Assembly (NCBI GenBank): GCA_030765185.1
Contig: JAVCDE010000024.1
Location: 42,975-106,974, forward strand
Origin: Candidatus Aceula meridiana
Lineage (GTDB): Bacteria > Omnitrophota > Gorgyraeia > Zapsychrales > Aceulaceae
Reading direction: 5' to 3'
Length of the DNA: 64,000 nt
A model generated the notes under the pieces. That model was not told where the DNA came from, made no database searches, and was given only the letters and a program-made list of their open reading frames with translations. The position numbers and the translations under genes are program-made. How positions within the stretch are numbered: position 1 is the stretch's first letter; each line of letters starts with the position of its first letter. Of the stretch, positions 1 to 11,765 are shown piece by piece.

Positions 1-91
1 CTAAGGCATAGATGTTAAACTGCATCTGCGTATAAATCAGAGCCATAATCGTCATCGCAAAAATCACAAAAAAGAATTTTCTTAAACGCAT
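1..91 (-). CDS. 5' end (first ~30 codons) of a small membrane protein, FtsL-like; gene continues beyond window start
   Basis: Minus-strand ATG at 89-91 preceded by AAGGAA Shine-Dalgarno; translation MRLRKFFFVIFAMTIMALIYTQMQFNIYAL has a hydrophobic TM segment; sits immediately downstream of rsmH, as ftsL does in dcw clusters. Confidence 0.4.
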   Translation of the reverse strand, partial: MRLRKFFFVIFAMTIMALIYTQMQFNIYAL

Positions 92-118
92 AGCAGTTCC
101 TTCGCTTTTTTTATTCTA

Positions 119-1033
119 TTACGCAATACGCTTAGCCACGCGTAAACGCGCACTACGGGCACGTATATTCTCATGAGTCTCTTGATCCGTTGGTCTTAAT
201 GGTTTTTTAGTGACAATTTCTACAATGTTTTCTTTTGCAAAATAACGAAATTTTTCTTTGATAATACGGTCTTCTAAAGAATGAAAAGCAATAGAACAGA
301 TATATCCATCTTTTTTCAAATATCTAACAGCCTTATTTAAAGCAATATCTAAAGCTTCGAGTTCTCGGTTAACAGCAATGCGAAAAGCCTGAAACGTCCG
401 CGTTGCCGGATGAATTTTATATTGCTGATGTCGCCCCGGGATCGCTTTTAAAATAATGCTTTTCAGCTCTTCAGTCGATTCGATTGGATGCTTAATACGC
501 TGGCGAACGAGTTGATCAGCAATACGCTCGTGAAAACGCTCTTCGCCAAAATTCTTTAAAATGGAAGAAATTTCATTGAACGATAAGGAATTGATTAAAT
601 CGTATGCTGAGATATAGCTTTTGCGGTCCATGCGCATATCCAGAGGCCCATCTGCTTTAATGCTAAAACCTCTCTCCGCTGTTTCTAGCTGATAACTTGA
701 AACACCTAAATCAAGTACAACACCGTCAACTTGTTTAATGCCTAAATCATCTAGGACATCATCTAAATGACGAAAATCTTTCTGGATAAAAGCGCATCGC
801 CCTGAAAATTCTTCAAGATTTTCCTTAGCAAGCATCAAGGAGTCTTCATCGCGATCGATTCCAATCAAAAGCCCATGGGATCCAATCTTCTTTGCAATCT
901 GCCTTGCATGGCCACCAAGGCCAAGCGTACAGTCTAAGACACAGTCTCCTTTTTTAAGATGAAGATTTTCTAAAACTTCATTCATCATGACCGATGTATG
1001 GCTGTTTCGTGTCGTAAATCCCATGCCTGACAT
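119..1033 (-). CDS. rsmH: 16S rRNA (cytosine1402-N4)-methyltransferase RsmH/MraW
   Basis: 304-aa ORF with SAM-MTase motif (VLDCTLGLGGH) and RsmH-like sequence throughout; directly downstream of mraZ. Confidence 0.93.
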   Translation of the reverse strand: MSGMGFTTRNSHTSVMMNEVLENLHLKKGDCVLDCTLGLGGHARQIAKKIGSHGLLIGIDRDEDSLMLAKENLEEFSGRCAFIQKDFRHLDDVLDDLGIKQVDGVVLDLGVSSYQLETAERGFSIKADGPLDMRMDRKSYISAYDLINSLSFNEISSILKNFGEERFHERIADQLVRQRIKHPIESTEELKSIILKAIPGRHQQYKIHPATRTFQAFRIAVNRELEALDIALNKAVRYLKKDGYICSIAFHSLEDRIIKEKFRYFAKENIVEIVTKKPLRPTDQETHENIRARSARLRVAKRIA

Positions 1034-1038
1034 CCTTT

Positions 1039-1476
1039 TTAAATATCTAATAAATTTTCTGCGATTTGCTCAAATGAATTTTGTGAATCTTGGTAAAATT
1101 CTTGCCAGATACTTTTATCCCAAATTTCGATACGGCTTGCTATGCCAATAACCATGACATCTTTTTTAACTTGGGCAAAATCTTTAAGATATTGAGGAAT
1201 GATAAAACGTCCTTGTTTATCCGGAGCAATCTCAATCGCGCCGGAAAAGAACATGCGGTTAAAACTTCTGCTTTCCCGCTTGGTAAAGGACATGCTCTTA
1301 AATTTTTGTTCTTGAGTAGACCACTCGTAGTCGCTAAACATAAAAATACATTTGTCTAAACCACGAGTTAAAAAGAACCGCTCAATGCCGTTTTCTTTGG
1401 CAGTCTCACGAAACTTCGCAGGAAGGATAATTCGCCCTTTTCGGTCTATGCTATGAGTATATTCACCGTAAAACAT
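1039..1476 (-). CDS. mraZ: Division/cell-wall cluster transcriptional regulator MraZ
   Basis: ORF track starts at a GTG (1491). The in-frame ATG at 1476 gives MFYGEYTHSIDRKGRIILP, the canonical MraZ N-terminus (DxxGR motif), with a GGAGGAG Shine-Dalgarno 7 nt upstream. A second DxxGR-type half-domain is present. Confidence 0.9.
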   Translation of the reverse strand: MFYGEYTHSIDRKGRIILPAKFRETAKENGIERFFLTRGLDKCIFMFSDYEWSTQEQKFKSMSFTKRESRSFNRMFFSGAIEIAPDKQGRFIIPQYLKDFAQVKKDVMVIGIASRIEIWDKSIWQEFYQDSQNSFEQIAENLLDI

Positions 1477-1485
1477 TTCTTTCTC

Positions 1486-1511
1486 CTCCACTTTGTTCCA
1501 CTCTACTCCAC
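1486..1511 (-). promoter_or_regulatory. Putative MraZ operator: three GTGG(A/G) direct repeats with exact 10-bp phasing
   Basis: Minus strand reads GTGGAGtagaGTGGAAcaaaGTGGAGgag; repeats start at 1511, 1501 and 1491, between the predicted -10 and the mraZ start. MraZ proteins are known to bind GTGG-type direct repeats spaced one helical turn apart. Confidence 0.5.
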
Positions 1512-1518
1512 AATTATG

Positions 1519-1547
1519 AGTATATTAAATATATAGGGGATTGTCAA
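1519..1547 (-). promoter_or_regulatory. Sigma70-type promoter for the mraZ-rsmH operon
   Basis: Minus strand TTGACA (1547-1542), 17-nt spacer, TATACT (1524-1519). Confidence 0.5.
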
Positions 1548-1685
1548 TACATAATTTACCTATTTTATTGGAATACAACGAGTTGTGGAAGTTTATCTAG
1601 CGGCTACAAGATATTGTGCTTGATTGGACAAAAAAATAAGAATATCTCAAAATTGTCTAAAATAAAAGTCTTAGGAATAAAAGAA

Positions 1686-2636
1686 TTAATTGGAGTATTT
1701 TGAATGCGGAACTTTTTTAAAAAAACTTAGCGCTTTTTGCCGATCACTTTCTATGGCGCGAACAAGAGCATCTTCAGTGCTAAACTTTTTTTCTGACCGT
1801 AAACGTTTTAAGAATTTAACCTCGATTTTCTTACCATAAATATTTTTTCTAAAATTAAGAATATGGACCTCAAGGTTTGGCGTGTTCCCTTCTTTAAATG
1901 AGGGTCTTTTGCCAACATTCGAAATCGATTTATAAATCTTTTTTCCTAGAACAGCTTCTGTTAAATAAACACCATAAGGCGGCAAAATTTCTTTTCCCGG
2001 ATTAATGTTCGCCGTCTGAAATCCTAAACGTTTTCCGCGATTATCCCCATGCTGGACTTTTCCAAGAATCGATACGCGACGGCCTAAAAATTCTTCGGCT
2101 TTTCTAAAATTTCCTTTTGAAATAATTTTTCTAAGAGCTGAAGAGCTAATAATAGTTTTTTGATATCGAACCGGCTTAATAACTTGAATTTTAAAATTAT
2201 TCTTTTTAGCCATACAGCTTAAAAAATCTCCATGGCCCTCTCTTGCCTTTCCAAAGTGAAAATCACTTCCAACAAAAATTTCTTTAACTCCAAAACACCC
2301 AACAAGATATTTCTCAATGAAATGTACTGCCGAAAGCGATGCAAACTTTTTTGTAAAACGCATAACAACACACGTCGAAATGCCTAAACTTTTAATCAAC
2401 TCAAGCCGATGCGGCAAAGAAACCAAAAGTGACATCTCAATATTCTTCTTCAAAACATGTACCGGATGCGGAAAGAATGTCATCACGATAGCTGTTCCCT
2501 TAATCGCTTTCGCACGCTTGATTGCCTTTTTAATGAGCATCTGATGACCACGATGTACGCCATCAAAAACCCCAATGGCAACCACAGGGTTCTTCAGTTT
2601 TGTTTTTATCTGAGTGATGTTTTTAAAAACTTTCAT
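1686..2636 (-). CDS. ribF: Bifunctional riboflavin kinase / FMN adenylyltransferase
   Basis: 316 aa; N-terminal nucleotidyltransferase (GVFDGVHRGH) and C-terminal riboflavin kinase domain; precedes truB as is commonly seen. Confidence 0.9.
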   Translation of the reverse strand: MKVFKNITQIKTKLKNPVVAIGVFDGVHRGHQMLIKKAIKRAKAIKGTAIVMTFFPHPVHVLKKNIEMSLLVSLPHRLELIKSLGISTCVVMRFTKKFASLSAVHFIEKYLVGCFGVKEIFVGSDFHFGKAREGHGDFLSCMAKKNNFKIQVIKPVRYQKTIISSSALRKIISKGNFRKAEEFLGRRVSILGKVQHGDNRGKRLGFQTANINPGKEILPPYGVYLTEAVLGKKIYKSISNVGKRPSFKEGNTPNLEVHILNFRKNIYGKKIEVKFLKRLRSEKKFSTEDALVRAIESDRQKALSFFKKVPHSKYSN

Positions 2637-2647
2637 CGATTTCCTAA

Positions 2648-3343
2648 TTAAAGCATATTGCGGTATTCATCTGGCCGCATCAGATGTGTTTCGTTAACTT
2701 CATCAAGCGAGATAGCTTTTTCAATACAAAACGGCCCAACTTTTGTCCGGTGAATCTGAGAGATGCATGCGCCACATCCTAAAACATCGCCAATATCTTC
2801 AGCAATCTTGCGGACATACGTTCCCTTAGAGCATTCTAAATAAAATTTCACATTCGGTCGTTTAAAATCAAGAAGATTAAGATGAAAAATATTAATTTTT
2901 CTTGGCTCGCGCTTTACCTCAATACCTTTTCGTGCTAGCTGATAGAGCCGCTTTCCTTTATACCTAACAGCTGAAACCATTGGCGGAATCTGTTCTATCT
3001 CTCCAACAAACTTTTTCATCACCTCTTCCACTTGCGTTTGAGCAATATCTTCACACGGTCGCTCATAAATCGTTTTCCCCTTGATATCAGCTGTGCTTGT
3101 GACAAGCCCAAGAGTCATTGTCGCCTCATAGGCTTTATCAAACGAAGAAAACTGATCAAACAGTTTCGTCGCTTTCCCTATCAAAACAACTAAAACCCCC
3201 GTGGCCAATGGATCCAATGTTCCTGCATGGCCAACCCTCTTCATCCGAAACTTTTTTCGAACAGCATCTACAACGTCATGAGACGTCATCCCTGATGGCT
3301 TATTAACAATAAGAATACCTTTAAGTTCTATTTTTGCTTGCAT
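2648..3343 (-). CDS. truB: tRNA pseudouridine(55) synthase TruB
   Basis: 231 aa; GILIVNKPSGMTSHDVV...GHAGTLDPLATGVL catalytic-Asp motif typical of TruB. Confidence 0.9.
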   Translation of the reverse strand: MQAKIELKGILIVNKPSGMTSHDVVDAVRKKFRMKRVGHAGTLDPLATGVLVVLIGKATKLFDQFSSFDKAYEATMTLGLVTSTADIKGKTIYERPCEDIAQTQVEEVMKKFVGEIEQIPPMVSAVRYKGKRLYQLARKGIEVKREPRKINIFHLNLLDFKRPNVKFYLECSKGTYVRKIAEDIGDVLGCGACISQIHRTKVGPFCIEKAISLDEVNETHLMRPDEYRNML

Positions 3344-3348
3344 GGCGA

Positions 3349-4308
3349 TTAAAGATGTTTGTTAAGAATTTTTAACACTTTTTGCTTAACGTCTTTAGCG
3401 TTTCCTCTTACCTGACAACCGCTTGCCGCTTTGTGCCCTCCCCCACCAAAAAAGCCTGCAACTTCTGCCACGTTGACTCGCCCATTTGATCGAAAATTTA
3501 CTTTAGTAAGGCGGGATCCTATCTGTGTAAAAATAACAATCACCTCAACTCCTCGCATTGTTCGAAACGTCGTAAACAAATGGTCACGAATATCAAAACG
3601 ATCGCCAGCATAATCCGTTGTCTTTTTTGATAGGGAGAAACAAACAACCTTTTTTTGAAAAAGTAGTTCAAAGTTTGACGCAACTTTTAAAGAAAATCCT
3701 AAGTCTTCCGGCGAAAACCTTGTATATACCTTTTGATAAAGCTTGTTAGCCGACAAGCCAAAATCTACTAACTGCGCAGCAATACGATGCGTATGCGATG
3801 TTGTATTTTCATAACGAAAAGACCCTGTATCCGTTAAAATACCAAGGTACAAAAGCTCAGCAATTGTCTTGTTCAGAGGAATTTTTAAAGCATAAAAGAA
3901 ATCAAATAAAACCTCGGCCGTCGAAGATGCCTTAGGCTTAACCAAATTATATTGCCCAAAGAATGTATTCGTGACATGATGATCAAAATTAACAATAGGT
4001 TTCTTAAGATCAAGCACTTGTTGAGCTTTTCCAATGCGCCTAAGCTCCCCACAATCAAAAACTAAAGCAACATCATAAGGCACTGCTCGCTTGCCTGGCG
4101 TCTTTATACAAGAAGAACCCTTAACAAATTGATACATCTCAGGAACTTTCTCGCTGTTGATGATATGCACACGTTTGCCCAATGAACGCAGATACTGCGC
4201 CATGGCCAATTCGGAACACAATGCATCTAAATCAGGACTGACGTGCGCACTGATCAACACAGAACGACTTTTTTTAATAAGCTGGTGGACCACCTTATAA
4301 TTCATCAT
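3349..4308 (-). CDS. nrnA: DHH/DHHA1 family phosphoesterase (NrnA-like oligoribonuclease / pAp phosphatase)
   Basis: DHH motif (FDHH), C-terminal GGGH (DHHA1) motif; ORF track start at 4350 overlaps rbfA, so the internal Met at about 4308 is the more likely start; nrnA follows rbfA in many genomes. Confidence 0.72.
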   Translation of the reverse strand: MMNYKVVHQLIKKSRSVLISAHVSPDLDALCSELAMAQYLRSLGKRVHIINSEKVPEMYQFVKGSSCIKTPGKRAVPYDVALVFDCGELRRIGKAQQVLDLKKPIVNFDHHVTNTFFGQYNLVKPKASSTAEVLFDFFYALKIPLNKTIAELLYLGILTDTGSFRYENTTSHTHRIAAQLVDFGLSANKLYQKVYTRFSPEDLGFSLKVASNFELLFQKKVVCFSLSKKTTDYAGDRFDIRDHLFTTFRTMRGVEVIVIFTQIGSRLTKVNFRSNGRVNVAEVAGFFGGGGHKAASGCQVRGNAKDVKQKVLKILNKHL

Positions 4309-4636
4309 GTAACCTTTCGATTTGATTTTCAATATCAATCCGGTAATCAAGAGTCTTGTCGTAAAAAAAACTGAATTGAGGAATAAATTTTAAATGAACA
4401 CGGCTAGCCACCTTCTTTCGAATAAAATTACCTGCGCTACCTAAGCCCTCTAGGGTCTGCTCAATTTTTTTGTCACCCCCCAAAACCGTAAAAAAAACTT
4501 TAGCCTGACGCAGATCTCGGCTTGTTTCTACTCGGCTAATGCTCGTCAGCTCTAGGCGCGGATCTTCAAGTTCTTTTTGTAAGATATTTGAAATTTCTCT
4601 CCGAATCATTTCATTAACGCGATCCATTCTCCCCAT
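4295..4636 (-). CDS. rbfA: Ribosome-binding factor A
   Basis: 113 aa; RbfA-like KH fold sequence (RVNEMIRREISNIL...FTVLG). Confidence 0.85.
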   Translation of the reverse strand: MGRMDRVNEMIRREISNILQKELEDPRLELTSISRVETSRDLRQAKVFFTVLGGDKKIEQTLEGLGSAGNFIRKKVASRVHLKFIPQFSFFYDKTLDYRIDIENQIERLHDEL

Positions 4637-4646
4637 TAGCTCTCTC

Positions 4647-5918
4647 CTATTTTAACTCCATTTGTTGCAAATAATTATCTTCATCACCTTTAGTCTGAAG
4701 TTCTCCATCAATCTTTTTATAAAGCAAATTTTGTAGAATTTCTTTAATCTGTTTTCCATCGGTAACGCCTAAACCGATTAAATCTTTTCCATCAGTTAAG
4801 ATTTTAATATGCCGATAATCTGTTAAAAACTTTTCTATACTCCTTTTAACAGATTCATCTTTAGTCTTTGCGAGAAAAAAAACAAGCTCCTCTAAGCTTA
4901 AACGATTTAAAATTTTATAAGCCTGACTTGGTTTAATTGCCTCCACAAGCAAACCCCCGATAACCTCACACTCGGTTTTTGAAGAAAAAACTTTTTCCTG
5001 ATCCTTTCTTGATAAAGAAGATTTTTCCAAAGAATTCCTGACCTCATCAAGTCCTAAGCTATCCAAAATCCCCATAAAATAAACAATCCATCGACTTAAG
5101 CTAAGGCTCAAATCACAATTTTCTTGAAACCACTCCAAGCTGCGCCCAATAGATTTCAACAATTCTACGTTCAAAGTCTCTGCGCTCATCCTCAAGTGAA
5201 TAAAACCTAGTCCTCCAAGTTCACCTAAACGCTTAAGGTGTTTTTCGCACTCTGCCTCTTTAAGAATTTTCTTAAATTCTTCTAAATATCGTCCTGGAGT
5301 TACCGTTGCTGCCGCATCGCTTTCAATAGCGTCAATTAAAAACTCTCTTGTTTGCTTCTCAATCTGAAACCCTAGCCGTTGCTCAAACCGAATTGCACGC
5401 AAAATACGCGTCGGATCATCAATAAAGCTTTTTTCATGAAAAACTCGTATTTTCTTTTCCATTAAATCTTCAAATCCATGAAACTCATCAACCAAGACTC
5501 CAAAACTTTTCTTATTGATTGATATTGCCATCGCATTAATTGTAAAATCCCGCCTCATCAAATCGTCACGAATAACTCCAGCGCTAACAATCGGCAGCGC
5601 TCCAGGTCGAGAATAACGCTCTTTACGCGCTGAAGCCAAATCAATCTTTGCTCCACTTTCCCAAGATAAAGTTGCTGTTCCAAAATGTGGATAAGACGTT
5701 ATCGTAGTCTTATGTTTCTGCGAAATTTCTTTAGCAAGTTCAATAGCATCAAACTCAACAACGATATCAATATCAAGATTCTTTTTTTCAATCAACACAT
5801 CGCGAACAAACCCTCCAACTAAATACGCATCAATGTTTTGTATATCAGCTTCTTTAGAAACAATTTCAATCAGCCTTAGGAACTCAGAAGGTATCTTTTT
5901 TAAATCAATCTTTTTCAT
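4647..5918 (-). CDS. cca: tRNA nucleotidyltransferase (CCA-adding) / poly(A) polymerase family protein
   Basis: 423 aa; Pol-beta NTase head (GGFVRDVLI...DIDIV), followed by tRNA-NT body domain. Confidence 0.8.
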   Translation of the reverse strand: MKKIDLKKIPSEFLRLIEIVSKEADIQNIDAYLVGGFVRDVLIEKKNLDIDIVVEFDAIELAKEISQKHKTTITSYPHFGTATLSWESGAKIDLASARKERYSRPGALPIVSAGVIRDDLMRRDFTINAMAISINKKSFGVLVDEFHGFEDLMEKKIRVFHEKSFIDDPTRILRAIRFEQRLGFQIEKQTREFLIDAIESDAAATVTPGRYLEEFKKILKEAECEKHLKRLGELGGLGFIHLRMSAETLNVELLKSIGRSLEWFQENCDLSLSLSRWIVYFMGILDSLGLDEVRNSLEKSSLSRKDQEKVFSSKTECEVIGGLLVEAIKPSQAYKILNRLSLEELVFFLAKTKDESVKRSIEKFLTDYRHIKILTDGKDLIGLGVTDGKQIKEILQNLLYKKIDGELQTKGDEDNYLQQMELK

Positions 5919-5919
5919 T

Positions 5920-6806
5920 TTATGGCCGAGGATGAAATTGTTTGTGAATTGATTTTAAACGCTCCCTATCAACATGTGTATAAATTTGAGTTGTCGAAAT
6001 ATCGGCGTGTCCCAACATCTCCTGCACCGAGCGAAGGTCTGCCCCGTGCTCTAAAAGATGCGTCGCAAATGAATGTCGAAGCGTATGCGTTTTAATTTCT
6101 TTCTTTATTTTTGCCTTTTTCGCGCATGCTTTGATAATTTTCCAAATACTTTGACGACTAATCTTTTTTCCTAAACGACTAACAAAAAGAATAGGATTCC
6201 CCTCTTGTTTGATCATCTCCCCTCTTGCTCGTTCTAAATATTTTATAACAGCTGCCGAGGCCTTACGCCCAATCGGAATGATGCGCTCTTTTTGACCTTT
6301 TCCAATACAGCGAACATATCCAATTTCTGTGTTAACATTTTCTACCTTTAGCTCAACAAGCTCGGAAACCCGCATTCCACTGGCATAAAGTAATTCTAAG
6401 ATTGCATTATCGCGAATCTGCTTCCCCTTGCGTCCTTGCGAGACTTTAATCATAGTTTCAATCTCTGCAGATGTTAAAACATCTGGAATCCTTTTCCACG
6501 TCTTTGGCGTTTCCACCAGATGCGTCGGGTCTTCTTTAGCTAATCTCTCTCTTACTAAAAAACGATGAAACATCCGAATCGCAGCTAAACTACGACAAAT
6601 AGAACTTGCAGATAAACCCTTAGACTTTTGCTTCTGCATATAATCCGTAACATCTTGCCTTTTAACAGCATCAGAATCGCTAATGCCTTTGCGAGAAAAA
6701 TATTTAATATATTGCGAAAGATCCTTCTGATAAGCCAAAAGCGTATTTTTGGCTAATCCACGCTCAACAAATAAGTGGTTTAGAAACTCTTCTAAATATT
6801 GCTTCA

Positions 6807-6807
<1 letters not shown>
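5920..6807 (-). CDS. xerD: Tyrosine site-specific recombinase XerD/XerC
   Basis: 295 aa; C-terminal catalytic R..HxxR..Y motifs (HTLRHSFATHLL ... IYTHV). Confidence 0.85.
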
Positions 6808-9336
<2,529 letters not shown>

Positions 9337-10062
9337 TTAATTTCCCTCGACCAAGCGCTCAGCAAGTTTTTTTGGGAATCCTGCTTTTAAAATCTTATCC
9401 TGCGCTGATTTGATATCATAAGCTACACGCTTAATTTCAATTATTTTTTTTTGTGTATCAAAAATTACATAAGCAGCTTTTGGATCTCCGTCTCTCGGCT
9501 GCCCAACACTTCCGGCATTCACAATGTAACGGCAACCTGCATTTAATTGAACACCCCTCTCTTTAAAAGGGTCGCCACTATATGCTTTTTCCACAAAAAT
9601 AGCAGGAGCATGCGAATGTCCCACAAAACATACAAGCGTTTCTATCAATTCAAATATTTGTGTCGCTTGAAAAAAATTGCGTAAATAATCAAATCTCTCA
9701 GGATCTGACAGCGTACCGTGAACCATCACAAAATCATTATCCTGAAAAACAAGATCAAGTGAATCTAAGAAATCCTTATCACCTTGTGAAATATTCTCCT
9801 TAGTCCAAAGCATTGCCTCTTTTGCATAAATGTTAAGTTTCTCAATATCCCTTTTTTCAATGGCTACCCGATCATGATTTCCAGCGATACATACAGCGTT
9901 TAAGCTTTTAATTCTTTCAATACATTCGCTTGGGTTTGCGCCGTAGCCAACAACATCTCCACAAAAGAAATATTTATCGATGCTCTCTTTTTTATAAGCA
10001 GCAATAACTGCTTCAAGCGCCTCTAAGTTCCCATGGACATCTGCAAAAATTCCATATCGCAT
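9337..10062 (-). CDS. Metallophosphoesterase (YfcE-like calcineurin-fold phosphodiesterase)
   Basis: GIFADVHGN, GDVVGYG, GNHD, GHSH metal-ligand motifs. Confidence 0.75.
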   Translation of the reverse strand: MRYGIFADVHGNLEALEAVIAAYKKESIDKYFFCGDVVGYGANPSECIERIKSLNAVCIAGNHDRVAIEKRDIEKLNIYAKEAMLWTKENISQGDKDFLDSLDLVFQDNDFVMVHGTLSDPERFDYLRNFFQATQIFELIETLVCFVGHSHAPAIFVEKAYSGDPFKERGVQLNAGCRYIVNAGSVGQPRDGDPKAAYVIFDTQKKIIEIKRVAYDIKSAQDKILKAGFPKKLAERLVEGN

Positions 10063-10070
10063 AAAAATTC

Positions 10071-10352
10071 CTAATACGTCCCTCTGATCTCAAAATCCAG
10101 TGACCCGCGTGTAATTTCGGTATAGTTGATATCACTCTTTTTGACATATTGATGAAAATGTTCGTCAAGATGGGAAAGAAAATCCTGGATTGTCTCTTTA
10201 GAGCCTTCAACCACAGTTTCGACACGGCCATCAGAAAGATTACGAATCCAACCTGTAAGGTCTAGCTGCTTGGCAAATCGGTGTGCGGTATAGCGAAACC
10301 CAACACCTTGTACCATTCCGAAATAATAAATATGGGCTTGAACCATATGCAT
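10071..10352 (-). CDS. acyP: Acylphosphatase
   Basis: 93 aa; VQGVGFRY and GWIRN signature motifs. Confidence 0.8.
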   Translation of the reverse strand: MHMVQAHIYYFGMVQGVGFRYTAHRFAKQLDLTGWIRNLSDGRVETVVEGSKETIQDFLSHLDEHFHQYVKKSDINYTEITRGSLDFEIRGTY

Positions 10353-10369
10353 AAATTTAAAATTAAAGT

Positions 10370-10444
10370 CGGGAAGGTGGGACTCGAACCCACGACCTCA
10401 ACGTCCCGAACGTTGCGCGCTAGCCAGGCTGCGCTACTTCCCGT
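10370..10444 (-). tRNA. tRNA-Pro (anticodon CGG)
   Basis: 75-nt cloverleaf read on the minus strand: acceptor CGGGAAG/CTTCCCG, D-arm GCGC-AGCCTGGCTA-GCGC, anticodon stem CAACG/CGTTG with loop TTCGGGA (CGG, G37), T-arm GTGGG-TTCGAGT-CCCAC, discriminator A; CCA not encoded. Confidence 0.85.
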
Positions 10445-10565
10445 GATATCTATATATAAAAGTATTAATATTAAATAACGAAGTTAACAATAATCAGTTT
10501 AACACTAAGGAGAAAATTCGTCAATATTCAGATTTGAAGGATTGAACATGTTTTGCAGGAAGAAA

Positions 10566-11000
10566 CTATCGCTCTTTTGTGGAGAAAACTATTTCCGCTT
10601 CTGTAACCATCTTATCGCCAACAAAGGCCTTGGTTTCCACAATGCCGGTATTTTTGATAAATTTTCTAGTTCTTATCTCAAGTCGCAGCTGATCACCCGG
10701 AACAACCGGAGCCATAAACTTTGCCGTGACTTTTCCAAGATAATAATAAAGGTCTTTGCCTTGAAGGTCGCGGCTATAGTAAAAATAGATGCATCCAGCC
10801 TGAGCCATTGCCTCTATAATTAAAACACCGGGCATTACTTTTTCATCAGGAAAATGGCCTTCAAAAAAGTGCTCATTAGCAGAAACATTCTTGATGGCAA
10901 CGAGCTTTTCGTTCGGAACAAGATCAATAATCTTGTCGATTAATAAAAATGGAAAACGATGCGGGATAATCTTTTTAATTTCTTGTATGTTAAGCTGCAT
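10566..11000 (-). CDS. fabZ: 3-hydroxyacyl-ACP dehydratase FabZ
   Basis: 144 aa hot-dog fold; HFPDEKVMPGVLIIEAMAQ motif. Confidence 0.9.
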   Translation of the reverse strand: MQLNIQEIKKIIPHRFPFLLIDKIIDLVPNEKLVAIKNVSANEHFFEGHFPDEKVMPGVLIIEAMAQAGCIYFYYSRDLQGKDLYYYLGKVTAKFMAPVVPGDQLRLEIRTRKFIKNTGIVETKAFVGDKMVTEAEIVFSTKER

Positions 11001-11015
11001 TTTAAAACCTTTCTT

Positions 11016-11765
11016 TTATTGAATAGCGAGTCCACCGTCCATCTGGATAATCTGACCTGTTAAATATTGCGCTTTTTCACTCAGAAGAAATTTCACACAA
11101 GCCGCCACCTCCTCAGGCTTTCCCATGCGTCCTAAAGGAATAATCTTAGCCAGCTTTTCTTTGTCTTCGTCAGAAAAATTCTCTAAAATATCAGTCTCAA
11201 TGTACCCTGGGGCCACGGCATTAACGCGAACATTATAAAGGGCAACTTCTTTAGCTAAGGATTTGGTAAAGGTATCCATCCCTCCCTTGCTTGCAGAATA
11301 ATTAGTTTGCCTAGGCAGGCCAATCTTTCCGCTTACCGATGAGATATTAACGATGTTTCCGCTTTTTTGCTTCAAAAATGTCACAATACAAAGACGGGCC
11401 ATATTAAACGTTCCGGTTAAATTTGTATCAATGACCTCTTGCCACTCTTTCGGGTCCATCAGCATTAACGCCTTATCTCTTACGATGCCGGCATTGTTAA
11501 CAAGGATGTCCAGGCCGTCAAAGTCTTTTTTAACACTCTCAATCCACTTCTTGACACCATCAAAATCTTTAACATCAACACATGCGCCCTTACCTTTAAC
11601 ACCTAAGGCTTTAATTTCTTTCTCAAGCGCTTTGGCTTTTTCTTCGCTTTTTTGATAATTAAACGCAACGTGACATCCCTCGCTTGCGAGCATCAATACA
11701 ATCGCACGCCCTATGCCGCGCGAGCCACCTGTTACAATTGCCACTTTATCTTTTAAAGAGTCCAT
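11016..11765 (-). CDS. fabG: 3-oxoacyl-ACP reductase FabG
   Basis: 249 aa SDR; TGGSRGIGRAI cofactor motif, YSASK catalytic motif. Confidence 0.9.
   Translation of the reverse strand: MDSLKDKVAIVTGGSRGIGRAIVLMLASEGCHVAFNYQKSEEKAKALEKEIKALGVKGKGACVDVKDFDGVKKWIESVKKDFDGLDILVNNAGIVRDKALMLMDPKEWQEVIDTNLTGTFNMARLCIVTFLKQKSGNIVNISSVSGKIGLPRQTNYSASKGGMDTFTKSLAKEVALYNVRVNAVAPGYIETDILENFSDEDKEKLAKIIPLGRMGKPEEVAACVKFLLSEKAQYLTGQIIQMDGGLAIQ

Noticed and set aside
10281-10478. 65-aa plus-strand ORF containing GLEPTTSTSRTLRAS
   Set aside because: It is the translation of the tRNA-Pro gene on the opposite strand, not a protein.
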